Origin: Methylotenera sp.
GTDB taxonomy: Bacteria; Pseudomonadota; Gammaproteobacteria; Burkholderiales; Methylophilaceae
Reading direction: 5' to 3'
Assembly: GCA_025351225.1 (NCBI GenBank)
Contig: JANXWL010000133.1
Location: forward strand, 1-54,754
Length of the DNA stretch: 54,754 nucleotides
Below are positions 9,105-18,922 of this stretch, in pieces; positions within the stretch are counted from its first letter, which is position 1; every line of letters starts with the position of its first letter. Position numbers and translations under genes: made by a program. Under the pieces are notes generated by a model. It ran no database searches and was not told the origin of the DNA. It saw only the letters and a list, made by a program, of their open reading frames with translations.

Positions 9105-10358
9105 TTATCTGATTGCTGGCCTTCGGTTATCGGGTTTTGCTAACAATAAATGGCAGTCGCCTAGCGCACGCTCTGCAAAACCGCCTTCGCAATAGCACAA
9201 ATAAAACGCCCACATTTTGATGAATTCTTCAGAGTAACCAAGCTTACGCACTGCATCGATATTGGCAAAGAAGTTTTCGTACCATTTGCGTAAGGTAGTT
9301 GCATAATGCGAGCCAATATCTTCCAAATCAACTAGTTTTAAATCGCTGACTTTGGTGATGCTGGTGAGCATGGCGGTGATAGAAGGGATATTAGAACCTG
9401 GGAAAATATAGCGTTGAATAAAATCGACACTATTTTTGGCGGCTTCAAAGCGTTGGTCAGTTATGGTAATAGCTTGAATGAGTGCCATACCGTTGGGCTT
9501 AAGTAAACTGGCACATTTTTTAAAATAGGTGTCATAAAATTGATGCCCAACGGCTTCGACCATTTCAATAGACACTAATTTATCAAATTTTCCTGTTAAG
9601 TCTCTATAATCATTCAATAAAAGTGTTATTTTATCAGTTAAATTCTCGGCATTTACACGCAAAACAGCTTCGTCATATTGTTGTTTTGAGATGGTAGTAG
9701 TGGTAACTTTGCAGCCATAATGTTTGGCCGCGTAAATGGCAAAACCACCCCAGCCAGTACCAATTTCTACTACGTGATCATTTGGTTTTAAGTCTAATTT
9801 ATCGCAAATGACTTGCAGCTTTTTTTGTGAAGCAGCTTCTAAACTAATGGTTTCTGGTGCAAAAATCGCCGATGAATACATCATGCTGGGGTCTAGCCAT
9901 AGTTTAAAAAAGTCATTGCCTAAATCATAATGTGCGGCGATATTTTTGCGGCTGCCATCAGTCGTATTGCGGTTAAGCCAATGCAAAGCTTTTAAAAATG
10001 GCTTGCTTGCCCATTGGTAGCCGCCTTCCAGCGCATCCATAACGCCTTGGTTTGCAGCCATAATGCGAATCACATTTGTGAGGTTGTCCGCTTGCCAATA
10101 ATCCAACATATACGCCTCGCCAGCACCAATGCTGCCACCAAAAGCTATTTCACCATAAAAGTGTGCGTCATGCACAGTCACTGTGGCTGCGATGCTTTTG
10201 TCGCTGCCAAATACTGTTTTCTGACCGTTTTCAATAATAGTTAATTGGCCAATTTGTAGCCGCGCAAGGCGTGCCAATACTTGGTTTTTAGCAAATTGCT
10301 GCACCCAATTACTACGTGCTTTTGGTTTTAATGCTGCGGTTAAGGTTTCTTGAGCCAT
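9105..10358 (-). CDS. Cfa-family SAM-dependent fatty acid methyltransferase (UfaM-like)
   Basis: NIAAHYDLGNDFF, MMYSSA, EIGTGWG, SIEMVEAVG and DFIQRYIFPG. Likely ATG at 10358. Confidence 0.88.
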   Translation of the reverse strand: MAQETLTAALKPKARSNWVQQFAKNQVLARLARLQIGQLTIIENGQKTVFGSDKSIAATVTVHDAHFYGEIAFGGSIGAGEAYMLDYWQADNLTNVIRIMAANQGVMDALEGGYQWASKPFLKALHWLNRNTTDGSRKNIAAHYDLGNDFFKLWLDPSMMYSSAIFAPETISLEAASQKKLQVICDKLDLKPNDHVVEIGTGWGGFAIYAAKHYGCKVTTTTISKQQYDEAVLRVNAENLTDKITLLLNDYRDLTGKFDKLVSIEMVEAVGHQFYDTYFKKCASLLKPNGMALIQAITITDQRFEAAKNSVDFIQRYIFPGSNIPSITAMLTSITKVSDLKLVDLEDIGSHYATTLRKWYENFFANIDAVRKLGYSEEFIKMWAFYLCYCEGGFAERALGDCHLLLAKPDNRRPAIR

Positions 10359-10360
10359 AG

Positions 10361-11146
10361 TTAATTTAATTTTGAAGGGTGTGAGTAAAAAGGAATACGT
10401 TTTAACCATAACCGTAGGGCATTCCAGTAAATGCCAAGCACTACTTTTAAGGTCATAAACGGGTAAGTAAATAAAACACGATTTAGTGCAGAAGGGCTTA
10501 TTTCATGCCGCTGTAGAGCTAATGTAGCGTTAAATAGTTGTAGGTTATTTTGATAGTTTTTCATGTGCACCAAAATTTGCTTGGCTTGGTTTTTAAATGC
10601 CCAATCGTATTCAATTTCCATTGGCATAAATGGTGAAACATGAAAGTTTTTGGTTAATTTAAACGCGGTAATTTGTCCGTTTTTGGTGTCTTTGATTGTT
10701 TTTTCCGCCTGATAATCATGCACATAGGCGTAATCTTCGCCCCAAGGTGTATTGGTAATATGCGTGATAATCGCTTGCAAAGTTGTGCCGTCGGCCTCAA
10801 AGCAGTAATAAAAGCTCACTGGGTTAAAGCAATGTCCAAAGTAACGCATGTTGGTGAGCAAGCATATTGCGCCACGTGGCGTTTGGCCTGTGACAGCCTG
10901 TATTAATGCGCTAATTGCGGCTTTTAGTGGTTTTGCTGGGTCACCATAATAATCAGCACGTTTAAAACTAGCGATATTAGATTTTTCTAGTGACCAAAAA
11001 CTTGATTCATTAAACAAAGTTGGCAGCTCGTCTAAGTCCAAATACATCATAAACGCCTTATAGCGAAAGCCATGCGCCCTAGGTGATAAAGGCGGGTGCA
11101 AAAAACGCTGGTGCGACACAAAGCCTTTGTAAATTGCACTATTCAC
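10361..11146 (-). CDS. DUF1365 family protein (UfaO-like)
   Basis: [16 protein letters not shown] and KNFHVSPF motifs. Typical position between the FAD protein and cfa. Confidence 0.85.
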   Translation of the reverse strand: MNSAIYKGFVSHQRFLHPPLSPRAHGFRYKAFMMYLDLDELPTLFNESSFWSLEKSNIASFKRADYYGDPAKPLKAAISALIQAVTGQTPRGAICLLTNMRYFGHCFNPVSFYYCFEADGTTLQAIITHITNTPWGEDYAYVHDYQAEKTIKDTKNGQITAFKLTKNFHVSPFMPMEIEYDWAFKNQAKQILVHMKNYQNNLQLFNATLALQRHEISPSALNRVLFTYPFMTLKVVLGIYWNALRLWLKRIPFYSHPSKLN

Positions 11147-12404
11147 TTTTTAGGTATGTCTCAAAATGTTGCAAAGCCGCCAATGCACTGGCCACGCCAT
11201 CTTCATGAAAGCCGTTACGCCAATAGGCACCCGCAAAGCCCGTGCGATTATGCCCGCTAATTTCCGCATGTCGCGCTTGAGCAATGGCGCCAGCTATAGT
11301 GTATACAGGATGCGTGTATTTTAGGCGTTTAATGACTTTAGCTGGGTTAATGAAATCGGTGTGGTTTAGCGTGACTAAAATTGGCTCTGGCGACTTTAGA
11401 TTTTGCAAAATATTCATGTTATACGTCACTTGTACTTTGTTGCTAGCTTGTGCTGATTGATGATCGGTAACGTGGTAATTCCATGCTGCCCATGCCAGCT
11501 CTCTTTTAGGCAACAGGCTACGGTCATGGTGTAGATAAATCGTGTTTTCTTGGTAGGGAATCGCGCTTAAAATTTCGCGTTCCTGCACGCTTGCATCCGC
11601 CCCCAGCATATTTAATGCTTGGTCGCTGTGACAGGCAAAAAACACATAGTCAAATGTGAGTTCGTCGCCATGTTGTGGTTTAAGTAATACCGAGTTTTCT
11701 TGCCTACGCACCCTGGCAATAGGCGTATTCAGCTTAATTTTATATTTAAACGGCTCTGTAAGTGCCTCTACATAACGCGCAGAGCCGCCAACAATTGTGC
11801 GCCATTGCGGCCGATTGTTAACTGTTAACATGCCGTGATGATGAAAAAACCTGACTAAAAAACGTGCAGGAAACTGCATCATTTGCGCGGCATCGGTTGA
11901 CCAAATGGCTGCACCCATTGGCACAATATAGTTATTAATAAACGTTTGTTTGTAATGATTTTGCGCTAAATAGGCACCCAAACTTATTTCGTTGCCTGCT
12001 TCAAGCAAGCTAAGCGATTCTCTATTAAAACGCAAAATGTCTTGAATCATGCCATAGAAACTAGGTTTAAAAAAGTTGCTGCGTTGCGCAAAAAGGCTGT
12101 TTAAGCTTGTACCGTTGTATTCCAATCCCGTCGATTCATTGCGCACACTAAAACTCATATTACTAGGCTGCCAAGCCACTTTAAGGTCGTCTAATAAGCC
12201 AATAAAATTGGGGTATGTGCGGTCGTTAAACACAATAAAACCCGTATCAACAGCATAATTTTTGCCAAACAGTTCAATATCGTGCGTGTGAGTGTGGCCA
12301 CCAATATGGCTGCTAGCCTCAAACACGGTGATGTCATGCTGTTGATATAAATAATGGGCAAGCGTATTGCCGGCTATGCCGCTACCGATAATAGCGATTT
12401 TCAT
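11139..12404 (-). CDS. FAD-dependent oxidoreductase (UfaD-like)
   Basis: [39 protein letters not shown] and GFHEDG. Confidence 0.88.
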   Translation of the reverse strand: MKIAIIGSGIAGNTLAHYLYQQHDITVFEASSHIGGHTHTHDIELFGKNYAVDTGFIVFNDRTYPNFIGLLDDLKVAWQPSNMSFSVRNESTGLEYNGTSLNSLFAQRSNFFKPSFYGMIQDILRFNRESLSLLEAGNEISLGAYLAQNHYKQTFINNYIVPMGAAIWSTDAAQMMQFPARFLVRFFHHHGMLTVNNRPQWRTIVGGSARYVEALTEPFKYKIKLNTPIARVRRQENSVLLKPQHGDELTFDYVFFACHSDQALNMLGADASVQEREILSAIPYQENTIYLHHDRSLLPKRELAWAAWNYHVTDHQSAQASNKVQVTYNMNILQNLKSPEPILVTLNHTDFINPAKVIKRLKYTHPVYTIAGAIAQARHAEISGHNRTGFAGAYWRNGFHEDGVASALAALQHFETYLKSE

Positions 12405-13336
12405 GGTTTGTTAATTTCTTTTTTTGATTCACGAATTTTTATAGGCACAGTGCGCAAGCCCCAAATCAAGCCCAGCGCGGCTAATAGGCGTAATCCGTAA
12501 TAAGTAAAATCAAGCTCCCACCAATAAAAGCCTTGTTTCGCAGAGCCAGGATAGTGGTGGTGATTGTTATGCCAGCCTTCGCCTAATGTGAAAAGTGCGA
12601 TAACGAAGTTATTACGGCTTTGATCGCGCGTTGCGTAGCGGCGTTTTCCCCAAACATGGGCGAGTGAATTCACACTAAAAGTAGCGTGGTATAAAGCAAC
12701 TGTGGAAATGAAAAAGCCCCAAATAAGTAACTGCCAACCATTGGTTTCAAGATGCGGCGCGGTGTTTGCTAGCAGCTCACCCAGTCCAAAAATACTGAGT
12801 GCAAACACAATGGGCACAATAATATCAAAGCGGTCTAAGAAGCGTAATTCGGGGAATTTAGCCAGCTCTTTAACACGGTCTAGTCGAGTGCCAAAATTTG
12901 CGGTGGATAAAAACCAGCCGATGTGGCTCCAAAAAAAGCCGTGCTGCATGGGTGAATGTGCGTCTGCAAGCTCATCAGAATGAGCATGATGATTACGATG
13001 GTGCGCTGCCCACCATAAAGGCCCGCGCTGTACTGCTGTTGCACCCAATATGGCAAAAATGAATTGGCCTAGGCGCGAGGTTTGAAAGGCTTTGTGTGCA
13101 AAATAACGGTGATAAAAGCCAGTAATGGCAAACATTCTTAAAGCATATAGTGCGATAGCAAAGATTAACGCAAAAGTACTAAATCCTACCCAAAATAAGC
13201 CAAAACAAGCCAAATGTAGCAGTACAAACGGAATAACGCGCCACCAATCAATATTGTGTTCGTCAGATTCAGCACTTACAACTGTGTTATCAAACCAGCT
13301 TGCAAGTAGTGTTAGTAAAGATTTTAAAGTTTGCAT
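12401..13336 (-). CDS. Acyl-CoA/acyl-lipid delta-9-type desaturase
   Basis: Three His boxes HRYFAH, HRNHH and GEGWHNNHH. Confidence 0.9.
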   Translation of the reverse strand: MQTLKSLLTLLASWFDNTVVSAESDEHNIDWWRVIPFVLLHLACFGLFWVGFSTFALIFAIALYALRMFAITGFYHRYFAHKAFQTSRLGQFIFAILGATAVQRGPLWWAAHHRNHHAHSDELADAHSPMQHGFFWSHIGWFLSTANFGTRLDRVKELAKFPELRFLDRFDIIVPIVFALSIFGLGELLANTAPHLETNGWQLLIWGFFISTVALYHATFSVNSLAHVWGKRRYATRDQSRNNFVIALFTLGEGWHNNHHHYPGSAKQGFYWWELDFTYYGLRLLAALGLIWGLRTVPIKIRESKKEINKP

Positions 13337-13348
13337 AAAATGAACTTG

Positions 13349-13903
13349 TTATTTAATCGTTGCTTGATTTGGCCATTGCTGCGGTACTTTTATGAGCTTA
13401 GTCATGTCGTAGCCTAAGCTTGTCACAAAAGCGGTCATCTCTTGGTATTGCGCATCAGTAATTTGTGGTGTTCTTGCCATTATCCACACGTAATCACGGG
13501 CGTTGCGTGCAATAACGGTACGTTGGTAATCGTAATCTAAATAGGCAATACGAAAATCAGCTTTAATTGGCCAAATAAATTGCATCCCCCAAACACCGTT
13601 ATTCGTATTGGGTTTAACAAAACCACGCGGATTGTATGTTTTAAGCGGGCCATCAAATGCACCTTTGTAATAAGTGAAAGTGGTTGCAATCGTGCCATCC
13701 GCATCTAACTTGTAGTTTTCAATTGCGTTATAGGCTTTGGTTTCAATCGCAGTAGGAATTACCGCAATCACGTACCAATTGCCCATAAACCGAGGTAAAT
13801 CAACTTGTTTGGTTGCAATCTCATTCATTTTTTGGCTCGCACAGCCAGTTAAAAACCAGCTAAAAATTATTAAAAGTAATACTTTAAATAGTTTGTTTAT
13901 CAT
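13349..13903 (-). CDS. Lipocalin-family lipoprotein (Blc-like)
   Basis: Lipobox FLTGC and lipocalin motif VDLPRFMGNWYVIA. Confidence 0.85.
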   Translation of the reverse strand: MINKLFKVLLLIIFSWFLTGCASQKMNEIATKQVDLPRFMGNWYVIAVIPTAIETKAYNAIENYKLDADGTIATTFTYYKGAFDGPLKTYNPRGFVKPNTNNGVWGMQFIWPIKADFRIAYLDYDYQRTVIARNARDYVWIMARTPQITDAQYQEMTAFVTSLGYDMTKLIKVPQQWPNQATIK

Positions 13904-13909
13904 ATTGAT

Positions 13910-14563
13910 TTATATTAATTTATAGTTAATAACATAGCCTTCTGGCGTAGTAGATTTTAAGGCTACCCATTGTTTGTTGTCTACTTTATCGCCTACATAC
14001 CAAAGTTCTATGTTTAATTTAATTTTGCTACCTGGCGCTGTTAGTAATCTGTAATGTGTGGTGTCGGTTGGTTTACCTTTTACCATGATGTTTTCGGTGC
14101 CTAAGTTATCAAAATGTGTTTTTAAGTATTCACCATTTTGTGGATTGAGTAATGTATTTTGATCGACTATTTTTGGATTCCAATAAGCAAAACTTGACAC
14201 ACATTGGGGTAAAGTTTGCTGCGGCTTTCCACTTACGTCGACCACAAAATGGCCACTATCTAATTTACCATTTACAGTAGTATGGATTTTGTTTTCGGTA
14301 GTTTTAGATTCAATATTGCTTAAACAGTTTTTGTTCCAAGTCTCGATGGCAAGGTGGTCGTAGCTGTAAGCATTGACAAATAACACTTTTACATTGAATT
14401 TAGCGCGGCTAGTGAGTGTTGTTGTGCCATCTTTTTCAGTGAGCGTAAAGGTGTGTTGGCCCATTTTACTTTTATCAAGATACACATCAAATGCCCACTC
14501 TTCAGCCGTTGCAGCACTAGAAAATAAGCCAATAAATAGTAGAACAATTATTTTTTTCATCAT
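13910..14563 (-). CDS. Exported beta-rich protein (DUF6134-like)
   Basis: Signal peptide ending ATA-EE. FAYWN and LLNPQNGE motifs. Operon context. Confidence 0.65.
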   Translation of the reverse strand: MMKKIIVLLFIGLFSSAATAEEWAFDVYLDKSKMGQHTFTLTEKDGTTTLTSRAKFNVKVLFVNAYSYDHLAIETWNKNCLSNIESKTTENKIHTTVNGKLDSGHFVVDVSGKPQQTLPQCVSSFAYWNPKIVDQNTLLNPQNGEYLKTHFDNLGTENIMVKGKPTDTTHYRLLTAPGSKIKLNIELWYVGDKVDNKQWVALKSTTPEGYVINYKLI

Positions 14564-15342
14564 TAATCCTTTGGTAAGCCTGGCACAAAAGCATTCGTGT
14601 TTTTAATGTAATCTGCATAAGCAGGGCGGCGTTCGACAATGGTGCTTTCTAACAAGCCAACGCCCGAAATTTTTAATAGTAATAATGTCATTAAAGTAGG
14701 CGAAACAATGGCCCACCAAGCACCGCTAGCCAGCGCGAATAAATAAAATGCCCACCACACACAGCATTCGCCAAAATAATTAGGGTGACGGCTATAACGC
14801 CATAACCCAGCATTTAAAACCATACCTTTATTATTTGGGTTTATTTTAAAGCGGCTTAGTTGCAGGTCTGCGATCGTTTCCCATATTAAGCCAACTACAA
14901 ACAAAGCCAAACCAACATAATCCAGCCAGTTAAGTGGGTTAATGGCTGAAATTGCGGCATGTAAAGAAACTGAAATAACCCAAGCCAACACTGCTTGCAA
15001 GCCAAAAATAATATAAATGCTTTTTAGCCAAAAATGTGGCTGATTATTTTGCCTAATTTGCACATAACGCGCATCCTCATGCGGACCCCAATTACGAATG
15101 GTAAGGTAAATAAATAATCGCAATGCCCAAATAACGACACAAGTTAGCACTAATGTCAGCCGCGCATTTACAGGAACTGCAAACAACACAAACGCAGCTG
15201 TTGTTAGCGCTGCCAACACAAAAAATAAGCTCCACATGCTATCTACATGCGTTACATTGTTGCGCACCAAGCTGATTAACCAACCGAAAAAGCCAAAAAT
15301 AAACAATACAAGCAAGCTATAAAAATAAATTTGCCAGTGCAT
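14563..15342 (-). CDS. DUF1295 / steroid 5-alpha-reductase-like membrane protein
   Basis: EDARY and GLWRYSRHPNYFGE motifs, multiple TM helices. Confidence 0.85.
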   Translation of the reverse strand: MHWQIYFYSLLVLFIFGFFGWLISLVRNNVTHVDSMWSLFFVLAALTTAAFVLFAVPVNARLTLVLTCVVIWALRLFIYLTIRNWGPHEDARYVQIRQNNQPHFWLKSIYIIFGLQAVLAWVISVSLHAAISAINPLNWLDYVGLALFVVGLIWETIADLQLSRFKINPNNKGMVLNAGLWRYSRHPNYFGECCVWWAFYLFALASGAWWAIVSPTLMTLLLLKISGVGLLESTIVERRPAYADYIKNTNAFVPGLPKD

Positions 15343-15905
15343 TAAGCTGTCTTTACGTTAGCGTAGCCATCAAATTTGGTAGATAAATATACCAACAATG
15401 GCGTTAAAATCGCCCAGCCTACGCACAAGCCAACATAGCTTAATGGCAAGTTATCAATATTGACTGCGCCTAAACGAGCAGCTGCAATATATGCTAATGG
15501 CCCACCAATGGCGCCAAATAAGGTTGCCACAAACCAATTAATAGGTATCTTTAAATTTTTCATCCAACGTAAACTCACATTTAAAGTCATGGCAAATTCT
15601 GCCCACAAAGCCAGTATCCATGCAGCTGGTAGGGCAGTGCCCCAACCATGCGCTTGATAAGTTAATAAACCAAAGTGACGCATTAATTGGTCATAAATGC
15701 CACCAATAATGATTGCGGCTAATATTAGCTTTATCTCTTGCATTGCGTATTTTGCTTGGCTAATATGCCAGCTTAAAAAGCCAGCAAAAAACCAAACGCC
15801 TAACCAAGGCAACTGGTTTGCCGCACCTAGCACGCAGGCAAACCAACCTGCTTGAAATAACACAAAATTAATAACGACATTCTTGGTCAATTTATCTTTT
15901 TTCAA
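15342..15905 (-). CDS. DUF2878 family membrane protein
   Basis: NFVLFQAGWFACV and GAIGGPLAY motifs. Hydrophobic. Start uncertain. Confidence 0.75.
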   Translation of the reverse strand: MKKDKLTKNVVINFVLFQAGWFACVLGAANQLPWLGVWFFAGFLSWHISQAKYAMQEIKLILAAIIIGGIYDQLMRHFGLLTYQAHGWGTALPAAWILALWAEFAMTLNVSLRWMKNLKIPINWFVATLFGAIGGPLAYIAAARLGAVNIDNLPLSYVGLCVGWAILTPLLVYLSTKFDGYANVKTA

Positions 15906-16923
15906 ACAAATAATGCGTCACCCACCATTCTTGACCATTGTTGTAGCCAAAAAGCTCCGCGCAAGCCATATAAAACATGCGCCACCGATTACGCCACATT
16001 TCAGCATCTTTTACACCGTAAGTTTGCACTAAAATTGGGGTAATCAATTCAGCATTAGCGTCCATATTTTGTAGCCATGCGTTAGCTGTTTTTTCGTAGT
16101 GTGTGCCATCCCAGCGCCAGCGTTGTGCTAGCTTTAAGAGATCTTGAAAATGCAGCGGCAAATCGTCACTGGGCATCATGCCGCCACTAAAAAAGAATTG
16201 GCTCATCCAGTCGTCATTACCTTGCACCTCAAACAAATAGGGCGTGTTGCGATGCACAAAAATATGTTTAAAAAATTTGCCTTGTGGCTTTAACCAACTG
16301 GCCACTTTGCCATATAACACCTGCCAATTGCGCATATGCTCAAACATTTCAACTGATACCACACGGTCGTATGTGCTAGGTGCTTCGAATACGTTCATGT
16401 CGGCTGTCAATATGTTTAAATTGGTTACTCCCATTGAATTTGCTAAATGCATAATGTATTCACGCTGTGAATTTGAGTTTGAAACGCCAGTAATCTCTGC
16501 GTTAGGGTAGTGTGTCGCCATCCACAAACTCAAAGATCCCCAGCCGCAGCCCAGCTCTAAGATACTTTGCCCATCCTGGATATCCGCATGATCGCAAGTT
16601 TGGTTCAGCGCCAATATTTCAGCTTCGTCTAAATCTTCAGTCTCTGGCATCCAAAAGCAGCTGCTGTATTTACGCTGCACACCTAGGCTAAGGTGAAAAA
16701 ATTCAGCAGGCACTTCATAATGCTGAGCATTAGCTAGCTCTGGCAATGGTGCTATGGCTGCTCCGCGCATATTTGCAACAAAAGTCGATAAGCTGGCCAT
16801 GCCTGCTTCACAGTCATTTGCACTGATGTCGGCTAATCTTGTTGCGACTAGTTGCCGAATACCTTTGCGCACCAATACGTCTGGTAATTTTCCAGCTTCG
16901 GCTAATTGAATGGCTAAACTCAT
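15892..16923 (-). CDS. Second Cfa-family SAM-dependent methyltransferase
   Basis: ANAQHYEVP, KYSSC, LELGCGWG, VSVEMFEHMRN and FFSGGMMPS. Confidence 0.85.
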   Translation of the reverse strand: MSLAIQLAEAGKLPDVLVRKGIRQLVATRLADISANDCEAGMASLSTFVANMRGAAIAPLPELANAQHYEVPAEFFHLSLGVQRKYSSCFWMPETEDLDEAEILALNQTCDHADIQDGQSILELGCGWGSLSLWMATHYPNAEITGVSNSNSQREYIMHLANSMGVTNLNILTADMNVFEAPSTYDRVVSVEMFEHMRNWQVLYGKVASWLKPQGKFFKHIFVHRNTPYLFEVQGNDDWMSQFFFSGGMMPSDDLPLHFQDLLKLAQRWRWDGTHYEKTANAWLQNMDANAELITPILVQTYGVKDAEMWRNRWRMFYMACAELFGYNNGQEWWVTHYLFEKR

Positions 16924-16981
16924 GAATACTTTTTCCCTTAAATAAAATCTAAAATAAGTACTAACTATAAAAATAACTAGC

Positions 16982-17689
16982 TTAAATTTGAACTAACTTG
17001 CCTTGGTAAAGTACCGCACCCGTTGGTTGACCCGTTGGCGAACCTCCTACTGGCTCTAAGCTAACCGCTAAGCCGCTAGTATTAAGCAAAGCCACTAATT
17101 GGGTAGGCACTTTTACTAATTTCTTACCTTGTTGCGGCAATAGGCCCAGCGATATAGGCTTACCTTTATCACTCGGTAAAATCCATAGTTCAAACGAATT
17201 GTTTGGTTTGCTTTCTAAGCTCGCCAAACTATCGGCACGAATAGATACCTCACCTGCGGTATTTTTAGTTAAACTCAAATGCCAGCCAGATTGCGCTTTT
17301 TCGTTCGCTAGCATCGCCACAGCTGATGGCTCATATGTAACAGCCTCTTTAGGAGACTGTAAAACCAAGAAAGTTGCAAATGATGCTGCTAAAGCAGTGG
17401 ATAAAAATGCTGTGTTTCTTAACCAAGCATTTCGCCACCAGCTATTATTTGGATAGGGCTTGCTAAACAAACGTTGCTCTATATTTTGCCATACTTTATT
17501 AGGCGGTTTTTTTGCGGGTATTGTGTCCGCAAGCAAGTGAATATGAGCCTGCCACCAGTTTTGGGCTTGCTGCCAATCGGGACGTTGTTGCAATAATTGT
17601 TCATAACGATTGCGAGTTGATTTTTTTAACGTGCCAAGTACATATTCAACCGCTAACATATCGGCTAATTCTGGGTTGTCGTAACGCAT
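16982..17689 (-). CDS. Anti-sigma factor, RskA-like
   Basis: EYVLGTL N-terminus, one TM helix, C-terminal ELW...SLG and LAVSLEPVGGSPTGQPTG. ATG overlaps the sigma stop (TAATG). Confidence 0.88.
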   Translation of the reverse strand: MRYDNPELADMLAVEYVLGTLKKSTRNRYEQLLQQRPDWQQAQNWWQAHIHLLADTIPAKKPPNKVWQNIEQRLFSKPYPNNSWWRNAWLRNTAFLSTALAASFATFLVLQSPKEAVTYEPSAVAMLANEKAQSGWHLSLTKNTAGEVSIRADSLASLESKPNNSFELWILPSDKGKPISLGLLPQQGKKLVKVPTQLVALLNTSGLAVSLEPVGGSPTGQPTGAVLYQGKLVQI

Positions 17690-18252
17690 TATTGGCCTCC
17701 TTGTAGGCAGGCTTTTAGCGATTGCAAGCCACGCCTTATCCAAGTTTTTATAGTGCCAAGTGGTTGCGCAAGTTGTTCGGCTAATTGCTCATGTGCGTAG
17801 CCATGAAAATAGCTCATTGCAATGGCTTGGCGATGCAGCGGGGCAAGCGTACCCATGCAGTTTAATAGCGCTTTTGATTCGCTACGTTCGGTAATTCTCT
17901 CCAATGGGCCAAGGTCATCAGATGCCCAATCATCATAACTTTCATCTTCTTTTAATACATTTTCATGTGGCGTTACACGCAGCAAATCTACACATTTATT
18001 GCGAACAATGGTCGTCATCCATGTCATGACAGCGGCTTTTTCGGGGCGATAATTTTGCGCATGGTGCCAAATATTCACAAACGCCTCTTGCAAGGCTTCT
18101 TCAGCTAAATCGCGTCTATTTAACATGCGTAAACATAAGCCAAACAACTTGGCCGATGTAGCATCGTACAAATTGTGAAAAGCTTCGCGGTCGCCTTGGC
18201 CCGATTGCGCCAGTAGCTTAAAAAGTTCTTCCGATGTGACAATTTGGCTCAT
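17689..18252 (-). CDS. ECF RNA polymerase sigma factor (SigK-like)
   Basis: AEEALQEAF, TWMTTIVRN (region 2) and PLGTIKTWIRRGL (region 4). Coupled to the RskA-like gene. Confidence 0.92.
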   Translation of the reverse strand: MSQIVTSEELFKLLAQSGQGDREAFHNLYDATSAKLFGLCLRMLNRRDLAEEALQEAFVNIWHHAQNYRPEKAAVMTWMTTIVRNKCVDLLRVTPHENVLKEDESYDDWASDDLGPLERITERSESKALLNCMGTLAPLHRQAIAMSYFHGYAHEQLAEQLAQPLGTIKTWIRRGLQSLKACLQGGQ

Positions 18253-18341
18253 AGCGTAAATCTCATGGTATGCCTTTAAGTTTGATTTTTTAAGTGTTAA
18301 AAAGATTAGTCATTTAATTCAATAAAGTATTACATCATTAA

Positions 18342-18369
18342 TTGGGTTAGCCATTAACAGCTAACCCAA
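18342..18369. repeat. Perfect 10-bp inverted repeat downstream of the globin gene (possible stabilising or attenuating hairpin)
   Basis: TTGGGTTAGC-cattaaca-GCTAACCCAA. Confidence 0.6.
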
Positions 18370-18376
18370 AACATAG

Positions 18377-18886
18377 CTACTTGCTTGCTGCAGGCGGTAC
18401 AGCGTCTCCAGTTGTGCTTTCCACATCCCGATACATAGGCGCTAATTTAGCCAATAGCTTATTTTGCGCGTTAAATGGCACATTGTGTTTGTCCATTGCA
18501 AATTGAAATTGTTCTACCAGTGCATTAAATGCTTCACGATTTACCTTCATGCTCGCATGCGTAGTTTTCATATCGCGACCAGGATATTTACAGCCACCAT
18601 TCATTAATTCGCACATTTGTTCGACTAACATGGCTTTAATGAAGGTTTGTTTTTCGTTGTCAAAAAATGGTTTGGTGCGTGGGTCGGCTACTAAGCCAAT
18701 CATAAAGTCATCCATGATTTTAACTAAGCCCTCTTTACCACCAAATGCTTGAAATGTTTCCGTGCCTTCCATCGGCGTATTGCCTAAATTGGCACTATGC
18801 GCCATCGTTTCATTTGCAATACCTGTTTGGCTAAAACCTAAGCCAACACTCATTGATAAAATCGCCATCATTAATTTTAGTTTCAT
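18377..18886 (-). CDS. Group I truncated hemoglobin with signal peptide
   Basis: FGGKEG, DPRTKPFF, YPGRDMKTTH (proximal His). Hydrophobic N-terminal signal. Confidence 0.85.
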   Translation of the reverse strand: MKLKLMMAILSMSVGLGFSQTGIANETMAHSANLGNTPMEGTETFQAFGGKEGLVKIMDDFMIGLVADPRTKPFFDNEKQTFIKAMLVEQMCELMNGGCKYPGRDMKTTHASMKVNREAFNALVEQFQFAMDKHNVPFNAQNKLLAKLAPMYRDVESTTGDAVPPAASK

Positions 18887-18922
18887 TACAGTATCCTTAA
18901 AAATAACCCATTGCTTAAATTA

